Source of the DNA: a virus
Lineage: Duplodnaviria > Heunggongvirae > Uroviricota > Caudoviricetes
DNA length: 40,489 nucleotides
IMG/VR virus record: IMGVR_UViG_2693429662_000008
Strand: one strand, 5' to 3'
Position numbers and translations under genes: made by a program
The notes under the pieces: generated by a model
The model's input: the letters and a program-made list of their open reading frames with translations, nothing else
The model's database searches: none
What the model was told of the DNA's origin: nothing
In this document: positions 8,920 to 17,086 of the stretch, one piece after another
How positions within the stretch are numbered: the first letter of the stretch is position 1
How the letters are laid out: the number at the start of each line of letters is the position of its first letter

Positions 8920-10091
8920 AAATACCCCACAGCAAAAAAACAACAGTCTTCCAACGAACCGGCTGGGGCCCAGTTTTGAATACTAATTTGAGAACGATTA
9001 GCCAGCCGAACATTCATCGCCTGACTGTAACCCGTTGTTCCCCGACATCCCATTGCCCACAGGCCACCAGTTGGGAAAGCATAAGGCAGGTTGTAGATAG
9101 CATCTTCTCCTCCGCGTGTCTGAATGGTTCCCCATTGCAGCATTATCTTCACTGGGTTATCTGTGGTTGCAAGACAGGGAATGTATAAATAGCCATTTCC
9201 ACTGGCGTAAAAAGTGAAATGTGATGCGCTCAATACCTGGTCCTTTCCGGTGCCCATTGACGCCAGTGCGGCCGAGCCAAGCTGCAGGGCATTCCTGAAA
9301 GCAGCCACATTAGAAATATCAGCGCCATTAGCTGATTTCTGCATCGCACCGGCAGCTTTATTTATCGTGTCTAAGAGACCGAGATTTTGTAAAAATAACG
9401 CCACATTGGGAATATCTGCGCCATTACGTTCTTTCGCCAGACGTGCATTCGCATTATCCATCACTATTTTTACTGCTTTCAGTGTGGCAGCTATCAGTTC
9501 ACTTTCGCTTGAAACACTATTACTAAGCCGCACAAATCCCTTTTCATCTAGCGTGGCGTCAGGGTGATTACGTGACCGCTCATGTGTGCGTAGCAAACTG
9601 TCAGCATAGGCTTTTACCTCGATAACCTTGCCGTCGACATACTGGCGCGTTGACAGCACGACCGACGGGTCGATTTTTAAGGTGATCGCCGACGTGCTCG
9701 AGACAACGAGAATCATGCGAATAGTCTGCGTTCGACCGCTACCCTCAGCCAGTAACGGCTTATAGGTTTCCGGGCAGTTGGCGACAGCAATCAAAATACC
9801 AGCGTCATCATAAAGACCAATTTCACGGATGAAGAAACCACCCTCATTTTCAGGAATGATTTGCTCGGCAATAATCTGACCGGCGTCGTTGGCATCCACG
9901 CCCAGTGAGTTAATCGGCGCAATACGGGTCTGGTTAATGAGCTTTGTCTGAGCCGGGTCAGGGGTCGGCAATGTGCCGTTCCCGTCACCGACGGCCATTT
10001 GTGTGATACTCAGTTTGGTACCGAGCGCGGTCGCGTTTGCCAGTCGCGCCGCGCCCTGATTGGTCAAGATGGCAAAATATTTTGTTGTCAT
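8916..10091 (-). CDS. H: Tail fibre protein (P2 gpH family, short variant)
   Basis: 391 aa; N-terminal region (MAVGDGNG, IREIGLYDDAGILIAVAN, PDATLDEKGF) matches the conserved gpH N-terminal domain; C-terminal part is divergent. Confidence 0.85.
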   Translation of the reverse strand: MTTKYFAILTNQGAARLANATALGTKLSITQMAVGDGNGTLPTPDPAQTKLINQTRIAPINSLGVDANDAGQIIAEQIIPENEGGFFIREIGLYDDAGILIAVANCPETYKPLLAEGSGRTQTIRMILVVSSTSAITLKIDPSVVLSTRQYVDGKVIEVKAYADSLLRTHERSRNHPDATLDEKGFVRLSNSVSSESELIAATLKAVKIVMDNANARLAKERNGADIPNVALFLQNLGLLDTINKAAGAMQKSANGADISNVAAFRNALQLGSAALASMGTGKDQVLSASHFTFYASGNGYLYIPCLATTDNPVKIMLQWGTIQTRGGEDAIYNLPYAFPTGGLWAMGCRGTTGYSQAMNVRLANRSQISIQNWAPAGSLEDCCFFAVGYL

Positions 10092-10699
10092 GCGCTAACT
10101 CGCAGGTTATCAATCAGATGAATGGCCGAAGCCGGATAAAACTCACCACCGACGACAATTTCCCCGGCGGCATAGGGATAAACGGTTAACAGGTCGCCGT
10201 CATAGCAGCTTGCGCCCACATAAGCGCGCCCGGCGGTGCTCAGGCTGATAGCGAGCCCGGTCAGGTGTCGGCTGGCCGGTTTTGCCCCTTCAATCAGTCG
10301 CTCGAGCTCGAGGTACATCTCATCGGTGATGCCTGTCTCGAGTACGCCCACCACAAGTCGGAAAGTTCCGGGCTCTTCGTTGAGCTCCCACCACTCCTTA
10401 ACCTCAATCAGATAGCCCAGCGGCTCCACCACGCGCCGTAATGCGGCGATAGTGCCTTTATGGGCATGAACGTAAAACGCGGAGGCGATAACGCTGCGTT
10501 TTGTCGCCTCCGGCCAGCTCTCATCCCACCGGTCAACCGAAAATGCCCACGCCAGATACGGCAGCAGCCGCACCGGGCAGGTGCGCCAGTTCCACAACGT
10601 GCGAAGCGGTACTGGTACACGCTCAATATCTGCGGCCGCGCGGGCGGCGGCGACCTCCAGCAGCGATGAGCCAACGGGCAACAGTCGGTTATTACTCAT
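10088..10699 (-). CDS. I: Baseplate assembly protein I (P2 gpI)
   Basis: Conserved gpI sequence begins at the internal Met MSNNRLLPVGSSLLEVAAARAAADIE; the longer ORF-track start at 10951 lies inside J and is rejected. Confidence 0.8.
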   Translation of the reverse strand: MSNNRLLPVGSSLLEVAAARAAADIERVPVPLRTLWNWRTCPVRLLPYLAWAFSVDRWDESWPEATKRSVIASAFYVHAHKGTIAALRRVVEPLGYLIEVKEWWELNEEPGTFRLVVGVLETGITDEMYLELERLIEGAKPASRHLTGLAISLSTAGRAYVGASCYDGDLLTVYPYAAGEIVVGGEFYPASAIHLIDNLRVSA

Positions 10700-11600
10700 C
10701 GGCACCCCCGTCAGCGATGCGGTATTCGGTGCAACAGGATGCCTGGTATTTACTGAGCACAATGTCAGCCAGTGGCGCGGCCAGCTCGACACGCTGCACA
10801 CCCTCGACATGCAGGGCGGCATAAATCGCCGACTGACGAATGTCGCGGCCCAGTCGCTGTTGTGCGGTGATATACGCCTTGAGTTTTTCTTCAGCGGCCT
10901 GACGGATGGGCTCGGCTTCCGGCCCCGGATAAAAATAAAGGGTCGCGTCAATCTGGTACGGTACGATTTCAGCGCTCTGCACCGTCACCCGGTCGCCAAC
11001 GGGGCGCACCTCTTCAGCGTTCAGCGCTTTTTCCACAACGGCCAGCAGGTCATCGGATGCAGTGCCGTCATCCTCGCGCGAAAGCACAGTGATGGTCACA
11101 CAGGCCGGTGACGGGCTGACAACCGAGATATCGGCGACACGGCCGTCGGCGCTGCGACCGTGGTATTCATATGCGCCGATCGGGCCAGCCACGCTGAGCC
11201 CTTCATAAGCCTGTTGTGCACGTAACCGTAAATCGGCATCAGATTCCATGACGGCGGGTGTCGGCGGGATTGTGCTGTCATCGGCGGGTGTCACAATCTG
11301 TCGCGCTGTGTTGTTGTTTCCGGCCATCACATCAAGGTCGTTATTACTCGCATAAGCCAGCGTGCAGCCTTTCGCCGCATCGTTCACACGCTGACGCCAG
11401 ATAACCTCCCGATAGGCGTTTTCCTCCAGATACTTCACCAGTGGCTCAGACTCAAGGGCGAGAGTCCGCGCAACAGCGTCCTGTTGCTCTTCAGGGTAAA
11501 GCGAGACCAGCGTCGCTTTGCGTTCCGCGAGAATGGTCTCAAAATCCAGCGTTTCCACGACGTCAGGCGCGGGGAGCTGGCTCAGATCGATGTTTGCCAT
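10692..11600 (-). CDS. J: Baseplate assembly protein J (P2 gpJ)
   Basis: 302 aa, same length as P2 gpJ; order W-J-I. Confidence 0.9.
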   Translation of the reverse strand: MANIDLSQLPAPDVVETLDFETILAERKATLVSLYPEEQQDAVARTLALESEPLVKYLEENAYREVIWRQRVNDAAKGCTLAYASNNDLDVMAGNNNTARQIVTPADDSTIPPTPAVMESDADLRLRAQQAYEGLSVAGPIGAYEYHGRSADGRVADISVVSPSPACVTITVLSREDDGTASDDLLAVVEKALNAEEVRPVGDRVTVQSAEIVPYQIDATLYFYPGPEAEPIRQAAEEKLKAYITAQQRLGRDIRQSAIYAALHVEGVQRVELAAPLADIVLSKYQASCCTEYRIADGGADE

Positions 11601-11604
11601 AAAT

Positions 11605-11952
11605 TCAACTCACAGGAATAGTCAGTGACAGGGTTTTGCCGGTGTCCCGGGCCTCGCCGGTCAGCTCAACAATCATCTGACCGTTAAACTGACGCTCGAC
11701 CGTCAGCGAGCTGATGCTGATGCGCGGCTCCCACTTCAGCAGCGCCATATAACAGGCGCACATAATTTGCAGCCTCAGCGCGTCGGTCTGCGGCATATCA
11801 ATCAGGGAGAACAGTAGCGAGCCATAATCGCGGCGCATCACGCGAGATCCAACCGGCGTTCGCAAAATATCGCCACAGCTCTGACGGATGTGATCGGCGT
11901 CAGTGATAGCTCGCCCTGTCTCGCGATTCATGCCGATATATCGGGTTGTCAT
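11605..11952 (-). CDS. W: Baseplate wedge protein W (P2 gpW, gp25-like)
   Basis: 115 aa, same length and position as P2 gpW. Confidence 0.85.
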   Translation of the reverse strand: MTTRYIGMNRETGRAITDADHIRQSCGDILRTPVGSRVMRRDYGSLLFSLIDMPQTDALRLQIMCACYMALLKWEPRISISSLTVERQFNGQMIVELTGEARDTGKTLSLTIPVS

Positions 11953-12590
11953 TTCGTCCCCTCCGTCCAGGCTCCACCTCTTTGCACACCGCCGTGACCG
12001 TGGTCATCCACCACCACGCCATTTGATGAGAGTTTGCCGCCGGTGTGCTCGATATCGCCGCTCATCTTCCCGCCTTTGGTGACCTCGAGCGTGGCGGTCG
12101 TCAGTTTGTTGGTGCAGACAACTTCCGGGGTATCAAGGGTGATGCGGGTCTCGGCTTTCACCGTCACCAGCGGTACCGTCGCGATGATGGAATCCGACGC
12201 CGTAACGTCTGCGGTTTTAATACCGCTCACGGTCAGCGCGCTGGTCTCCGGCTCGTACTCGATAACAGCCCCGTCAGGAAAGGTGATGTGAAAAGCATCA
12301 GCCGACACCGACGGCGCGGGGTGTTCATCCGAAAAAATGCCGGGTAGCACAAAAGCCGTGTCCAGCTCACCACCGACGGCCAGCAGTAAAACCTGCTCAC
12401 CCACAGACGGAGCCCACCAGACACGTGAGCGACCGGCGCGCGCAGTCAGCCACTGAAGCCAGTCGGTAACAATGCCGCCAGTCTGGACGCGACAGCGCCC
12501 GTCATCGAGGCCAACCTCGACAATAACGCCGGTTCGGATCAGATTGCGAAGGAGGCGCTGAATGTCCTGAAGAGTGGATTGTGTTTTCAT
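11949..12590 (-). CDS. V: Baseplate spike/assembly protein V (P2 gpV)
   Basis: 213 aa, MKTQSTLQDIQRLLRNL N-terminus; overlaps the W start. Confidence 0.9.
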   Translation of the reverse strand: MKTQSTLQDIQRLLRNLIRTGVIVEVGLDDGRCRVQTGGIVTDWLQWLTARAGRSRVWWAPSVGEQVLLLAVGGELDTAFVLPGIFSDEHPAPSVSADAFHITFPDGAVIEYEPETSALTVSGIKTADVTASDSIIATVPLVTVKAETRITLDTPEVVCTNKLTTATLEVTKGGKMSGDIEHTGGKLSSNGVVVDDHGHGGVQRGGAWTEGTK

Positions 12591-12675
12591 GCTGGGAAGG
12601 ATGAAGGAAAAACACCTTCAATGTAATTGAGCGGTGTTGTATGCTTTTTAGTACAACTTCAAGAGGATAACCAAA

Positions 12676-13389
12676 TTGGATAACAAGGAATATCAGAGGC
12701 ACTTTGGAATAATAACTGATGAATTACAAAAGCCTTCCGATAAACATTTGAGAGCATTTACGCAGGTTGCTGACATTAGAAAGTTTGAAATTGAGATGTA
12801 TTGGAAAAGAGCTACGTATTTCTGGACCATTATTGCTATTACTTTTACTGGTTATTTTGCTTTAGCCTCCGCAAATAGCTTTCCGTTCAAAAATGCATTT
12901 TCTCTTTTGCTTTCCAGTATGGGATCCGTTTTTACTCTTTCATGGTTTTTGGTAAACAGAGGTAGCAAATACTGGCAGGAAAACTGGGAAAATCACTTAG
13001 ACCTGATGGAAAACGGCATAACTGGGCCGCTCTATAAAACTGTACTCTCACGACCGTCAGTCGAAGCCAAAAAAAACGCACCTCAACTTGCGAGTACTGA
13101 TAAAGATTTTATCGACAAACATATCACCGGCCCCAAAAAAATATCAGCATCCAAAATTAACCAATTAGTTGCATTTTACTTGCTTGGCATATGGTTAATA
13201 TTAGTAATGACAACAATTACTAACATCTTAAAACTATCATTCTGGAGTGAATCCACGATAGAAGTAGTGTTGAGCGTGGGAGTTTTAATTTGGTCAGCAA
13301 TAGCCACTAGTTTAATGTTTTGTAAGTCAGCCACCTATACAGGAATACAGACTTCAGAGGCAAGAAAACGCTCTTCGAATTTGTTATAA
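12676..13389 (+). CDS. Cargo gene: predicted 4-TM inner-membrane protein of unknown function (possible abortive-infection or exclusion effector)
   Basis: 237 aa from a TTG start preceded by AAGAGGA. Four hydrophobic segments (about residues 50-68, 75-92, 164-185, 197-215) and a charged N-terminal region. AT-rich, opposite strand to the late operon, sits in the S-V moron slot. Confidence 0.7.
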   Translation: MDNKEYQRHFGIITDELQKPSDKHLRAFTQVADIRKFEIEMYWKRATYFWTIIAITFTGYFALASANSFPFKNAFSLLLSSMGSVFTLSWFLVNRGSKYWQENWENHLDLMENGITGPLYKTVLSRPSVEAKKNAPQLASTDKDFIDKHITGPKKISASKINQLVAFYLLGIWLILVMTTITNILKLSFWSESTIEVVLSVGVLIWSAIATSLMFCKSATYTGIQTSEARKRSSNLL

Positions 13390-13502
13390 CGTTGGTGATA
13401 CACTAATAAATTCATTTAAAGCCCTCAGTTTTGGGGGCATGTAATCTCTACTTTCTCACGGAAAGAGAGTCCAGGATGTACACCAGCGCTTGACGCGGAA
13501 AG

Positions 13503-13600
13503 CTAGTCACTGGTGGCAATACTGCGGGTGCGACATAGACTACGCAGGAAGCGCACAATATCCGGAAAGTAGGTTGTGTTTTCGTGTGGGAAAGGATGCC
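13503..13600 (-). pseudogene. Relic of a second gene V 5' end (degenerate duplicate of the V start region)
   Basis: Minus-strand sequence CATCCTTTCCCACACGAAAACACAACCTACTTTCCGGATATTGTGCGC aligns with the real V start CATCCTTCCCAGCATGAAAACACAATCCACTCTTCAGGACATTCAGCGC. ATG is mutated to ACG and there is a frameshift; similarity continues for roughly 90 nt by eye. Confidence 0.45.
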
Positions 13601-13657
13601 GCCTTAGAAGATCGGCGGCAATAGAGGTATGCAGTTCTATCTCTGGTAAAATTTTGT

Positions 13658-14734
13658 TTATTTTCGTTTGCCATAAGACTGGGTTAGAATTGGAGTAATA
13701 TCCTTAGTAAAGATATCTAGTCTTTCTTTTTCGGCTGAGAAAACATACTGTCTGGCTTGAATTACATTTTGCCTACTAATTAAGTTTGACACCTTTTCTG
13801 GTTTGCTTAGTGCAACTTTGGCACCCTTGAATATCAACGCTAAGCCCGGTGATATTGTAAAAATACATCCATTATCAAATGAAAAATCATTTTTTAAGAA
13901 AATAAAAGGAAAATCACTTGAAACAATGGCATATCCCTTAGGTGCTGAGTACAAATATACCCTACAACTACTCTCATTGGTGATTGAGGAAAAAGGTAAC
14001 GCCATAAATCTATGCATCTTTCTAAGTAAGTAAAACATTTCCCTCCGCTGTCCGCTGTCCGCATTAACTAGATACGTTCCTCCCTCCTTTAGTATAGATA
14101 ACAAAGACCTCCATTCAGAACGTGGGATTATGCTCGCACCAGAAGGAATGAGATCCTTATTAGTATTCAGTACTTTCTTGATGGTGGTGTTTATATTTTT
14201 TAATTTTGGCATGGAGCCTTTATCAAAAAAATCATCCATACCTTTGTTTCTATAACATAAAAAACGGGCCATGAAAATTGCCATGTTTTTTAAATCGTTG
14301 AAATCAATCTCATGCAAACCACTACATACTATCGAACGTGCGAATTTTTTTTCCGAAAGCTTGCCAAGCAACCAGTGTCTACGCACGAAATAATGACTAC
14401 CTGAAGCATTTTTAAAATGCTCCTTTAATTTATAAAATTGCCACATTGCGTCTACAAAATCAGGGTAACAATCCTCTAGTATTTTAAAACTGTCCTCAAT
14501 AAAGTTATCTCTATCCCCATCAATATAAAGAGTATGCCTTCGCTCTTGACCACAAATTTTTGTGGCATTAAGAAAAGTAATCCTTTCTTTTATTTGCTTT
14601 TTGGTGGCATCTGTTTTCACAAAACCATAAACAGTATCTTTCCCAGTCTTTGGGTCTTCAGATGTTATTTTAAAATGCCTGATATAAGTTGCAGGCAGAT
14701 AATGCTGATAGTTTTGAAAAGTTCCCTTTGACAT
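13658..14734 (-). CDS. Cargo gene: DUF4238-like protein, candidate single-gene anti-phage defence protein
   Basis: 358 aa from the ATG at 14734 (GGAGG 5 nt upstream); the ORF track TTG at 14746 is an alternative. N-terminal motif HYLPATYIRHF resembles the conserved start of DUF4238 proteins as I recall them (not verified by HMM). AT-rich, and starts 13 nt after the gene S stop. Confidence 0.75.
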   Translation of the reverse strand: MSKGTFQNYQHYLPATYIRHFKITSEDPKTGKDTVYGFVKTDATKKQIKERITFLNATKICGQERRHTLYIDGDRDNFIEDSFKILEDCYPDFVDAMWQFYKLKEHFKNASGSHYFVRRHWLLGKLSEKKFARSIVCSGLHEIDFNDLKNMAIFMARFLCYRNKGMDDFFDKGSMPKLKNINTTIKKVLNTNKDLIPSGASIIPRSEWRSLLSILKEGGTYLVNADSGQRREMFYLLRKMHRFMALPFSSITNESSCRVYLYSAPKGYAIVSSDFPFIFLKNDFSFDNGCIFTISPGLALIFKGAKVALSKPEKVSNLISRQNVIQARQYVFSAEKERLDIFTKDITPILTQSYGKRK

Positions 14735-14747
14735 AGTAACCTCCAAT

Positions 14748-15200
14748 TTACCAAGTCATAATTTTTTTAATGATAATATATTCAACCTCTTCAGTTAAAT
14801 CATTATTGAAACCAATGAGTGGTCGAGTGGGGTATTCAATCCGTCTGCTGTTAATGTTTGGGGCATCCTTTAACCCGTACTGATGCACCTTAGCCATACG
14901 CTGTACCTTGCCGGTAAATTCCACGACCGCCGCGTTATTCCCCGCCGTGGCTTTCATAAAGCGACTGGTACGGAGTTTGGCGAACATTTCCCGCTTAACC
15001 CGGCCTTTTTTGGCTTTTACCGGCTGGCGTTTTCGGGCGGCGTAAGGTGTCCCGTCCGGGGCTTTCTGCGTTTTAATCCGGCGCTGTTGACGGGCTCGCA
15101 GGGTCTTCGCGATATCTGCGGCCATTCTGCGACGGGCGGCAGGTGACAGCGCCGCTATCAGCCCCGCGAGCTTATCGTCAAAGGGTTTAAAGTCATTCAT
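14748..15200 (-). CDS. S: Tail completion protein S (P2 gpS)
   Basis: 150 aa, same length as P2 gpS; the 3' end is AT-rich, suggesting the C-terminus was remodelled by the adjacent insertion. Confidence 0.85.
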   Translation of the reverse strand: MNDFKPFDDKLAGLIAALSPAARRRMAADIAKTLRARQQRRIKTQKAPDGTPYAARKRQPVKAKKGRVKREMFAKLRTSRFMKATAGNNAAVVEFTGKVQRMAKVHQYGLKDAPNINSRRIEYPTRPLIGFNNDLTEEVEYIIIKKIMTW

Positions 15201-15660
15201 GCAATCGACTCACAAGCTCACCGTTAACATACAGCTCAACCGGTCGGGTAACGGGTTCCGGCGGCTGCGGCTCTTCTGCCTGTTCGACGTGGAGCTTATC
15301 CCCTGACTCTTTAACGATGGTGCGCTCGGTCAGCATCAGGCTGATACTGACATCAACGCTGTCGTTGTCGTTGATATCGGCAAAATAGGTGAATCCCTTT
15401 TTACGCCCTTCATCGGTCGTCATAATGTCAGCCTGATGGATGCGCAGCCACGCCTGAATCGGAACAAGTAACAGCTCGATATCATCCGTGAAATCGGTCA
15501 CCACCACATTCAGCGTGTACCGGTTCTCAAACGACAGCGACGTCGCCAGCGTCGAGGCCAGATTCCCGTTGTCGATAAAGACACGCATCATATCGGGGTT
15601 TCGCGCCAGCACCGGCACGGCGTCAGTTAAGGCTTTTCGCAGACTCTTCGGCTTGTACAT
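15193..15660 (-). CDS. R: Tail completion protein R (P2 gpR)
   Basis: 155 aa; position between the lysis genes and S. Confidence 0.85.
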   Translation of the reverse strand: MYKPKSLRKALTDAVPVLARNPDMMRVFIDNGNLASTLATSLSFENRYTLNVVVTDFTDDIELLLVPIQAWLRIHQADIMTTDEGRKKGFTYFADINDNDSVDVSISLMLTERTIVKESGDKLHVEQAEEPQPPEPVTRPVELYVNGELVSRLHE

Positions 15661-15913
15661 CGATTTTATCCTGGCAATTTTTTATTGTTCTGACCTGAAG
15701 CGCACAGCGCTCGAGGGCGCTTTCGAGCTGACGTATATCCGCGCTCAGGTCACCATTGGTGGACGGATCACTTCCCGGCATCGGGCAAAGACTGACCCTC
15801 GGGCATGCGTTGTAAACAATCACCGGCGTCGGCACAGGTGGCGCGCTGGTGCAACCGACGCACAGCATCAGGTAAATCAGCGCTATACCAGCGGCGAAGC
15901 TGTTCATTTTCAT
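15623..15913 (-). CDS. lysC: o-spanin (LysC / Rz1-like outer-membrane lipoprotein), embedded in and extending beyond lysB
   Basis: From internal Met MKMNSFAAGIALIYLMLCVGCTSAPP: signal peptide with a lipobox cysteine and proline-rich mature part; about 96 aa, overlapping the 3' end of lysB in another frame. Confidence 0.7.
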   Translation of the reverse strand: MKMNSFAAGIALIYLMLCVGCTSAPPVPTPVIVYNACPRVSLCPMPGSDPSTNGDLSADIRQLESALERCALQVRTIKNCQDKIDVQAEESAKSLN

Positions 15914-16181
15914 TGAGTAACCTCGTAATGGTCTGTTCCCGGCGTTGCGCCCGCGCTCCGGCATCGATGAGCTCACCGCGCAGTAAGACCTGAGCAGTCT
16001 CATTTTCCCCACGGATACGGGAGGCCGTTTTAAGCTGGCTTTTCAGCATGGTAATCACCGTTTTTTGTTCACCGGCGACCTTGTTCGCCCGCTCAAAGGA
16101 GCGGGTCAGACTGGTGTTTTCGTGGCGCATCCAGAGCAGCCCGACCACCGCCAGCACTAACAGCACGATCATCGTTTTCAT
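15768..16181 (-). CDS. lysB: i-spanin (LysB / Rz-like)
   Basis: 137 aa with an N-terminal TM helix (MKTMIVLLVLAVVGLLW) and a coiled-coil periplasmic domain. Confidence 0.75.
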   Translation of the reverse strand: MKTMIVLLVLAVVGLLWMRHENTSLTRSFERANKVAGEQKTVITMLKSQLKTASRIRGENETAQVLLRGELIDAGARAQRREQTITRLLNENEQLRRWYSADLPDAVRRLHQRATCADAGDCLQRMPEGQSLPDAGK

Positions 16182-16687
16182 TTCGCCCCCTTCAGGCAGT
16201 AGGTGCGCTCGCGAAAGCGGCGATTTTCGAGCCCGGTATTACGCTCACCATTCACAAACACCCAGCGGGTGAGCTGGTCACAGGCTTGCCACCATTGCCG
16301 GTGCTTCAGGTGATACACCAGCGTCGAGCGACAGGCCGCGCCGGTGCCGACGTTAAAAGCGAAGCTGACCAGCGCGTCATAGACGGCGGGTGGCATTTCA
16401 ACAGGCACACAGACCGCGAGTCGTTTCTCGACGTTCAGCACATCAGCGACCAGATTCGCGGCGGCTTCTTTCTCGGTGATATCCCGTTTTGGTACCACCC
16501 CGGCAGTGTGGCCGATGCCTGACGTCCACACGCCCGCGCTGCACTGGTAAGGGCGCAACCGGCACCCCTCGAGGTCGGCAATCAGCGCGAGCCCCTCCGG
16601 CGAGGTGTGAAGCAAACGAAAATCAGGCACCAGTGCCGCCAGCGCCAGCACGACGGCCACACTGCAACGTTTAACGAATGAGCCCAC
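16178..16687 (-). CDS. Endolysin (phage lysozyme family, probable SAR-type)
   Basis: Catalytic-region motif EGCRLRPYQCSAGVWTSGIGHT is typical of T4-lysozyme-like endolysins. Probable GTG start at 16687 (AAGGGGG upstream) yields an N-terminal hydrophobic segment VAVVLALAALV consistent with a signal-anchor-release domain; the longer ORF-track start at 16792 overlaps the holin. Confidence 0.8.
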   Translation of the reverse strand: MGSFVKRCSVAVVLALAALVPDFRLLHTSPEGLALIADLEGCRLRPYQCSAGVWTSGIGHTAGVVPKRDITEKEAAANLVADVLNVEKRLAVCVPVEMPPAVYDALVSFAFNVGTGAACRSTLVYHLKHRQWWQACDQLTRWVFVNGERNTGLENRRFRERTYCLKGAK

Positions 16688-16892
16688 GAATAACCCCCTT
16701 ATCAATCCCCATCGAGACGAGATAGCGGTATTTCTTTCGCTGGTACCAGAAGTTAACCAGCGCGGTAAAAATGGCGCAGCTTCCCCCGACATAAAGCGCG
16801 AGCCGTTCCGGTGTCTGCGTACCGAAATACGCCAGCACCACTGACAGCCAGTAGGTCAGAAAGGTTGTGATTTTATCCACAGTCAGTCCCAT
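16671..16892 (-). CDS. Holin (P2 gpY-like)
   Basis: 73 aa with two hydrophobic segments and a charged C-terminus; located between X and the endolysin. Confidence 0.7.
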   Translation of the reverse strand: MGLTVDKITTFLTYWLSVVLAYFGTQTPERLALYVGGSCAIFTALVNFWYQRKKYRYLVSMGIDKGVIRGLIR

Positions 16893-17086
16893 AAATTCAC
16901 GGTCTCCGATACCGGTGCGGCGTCGACTTCAGGCAGACTGACCGCCGTGCCATGTGGCAGGACGACACCCAGCTCAGCGAGCCCCGGATTAGCCAGCAAT
17001 ACAGCCTCGACCACACCTTCAGTACGCCCGTAATGGCGCTGACATAACGTGTCGAGCGTGTCGCCCTGATGCGCGATGACGTTCAT
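16883..17086 (-). CDS. X: Tail protein X (P2 gpX)
   Basis: 67 aa, same length and position as P2 gpX. Confidence 0.8.
   Translation of the reverse strand: MNVIAHQGDTLDTLCQRHYGRTEGVVEAVLLANPGLAELGVVLPHGTAVSLPEVDAAPVSETVNLWD

Noticed and set aside
10088-10951. Extended 287-aa version of gene I
   Set aside because: The first 84 codons overlap J in another frame and have no similarity to gpI; the conserved protein starts at the internal Met (10699).
10581-11111. Plus-strand ORF (176 aa) overlapping I and J
   Set aside because: Antisense to two conserved baseplate genes.
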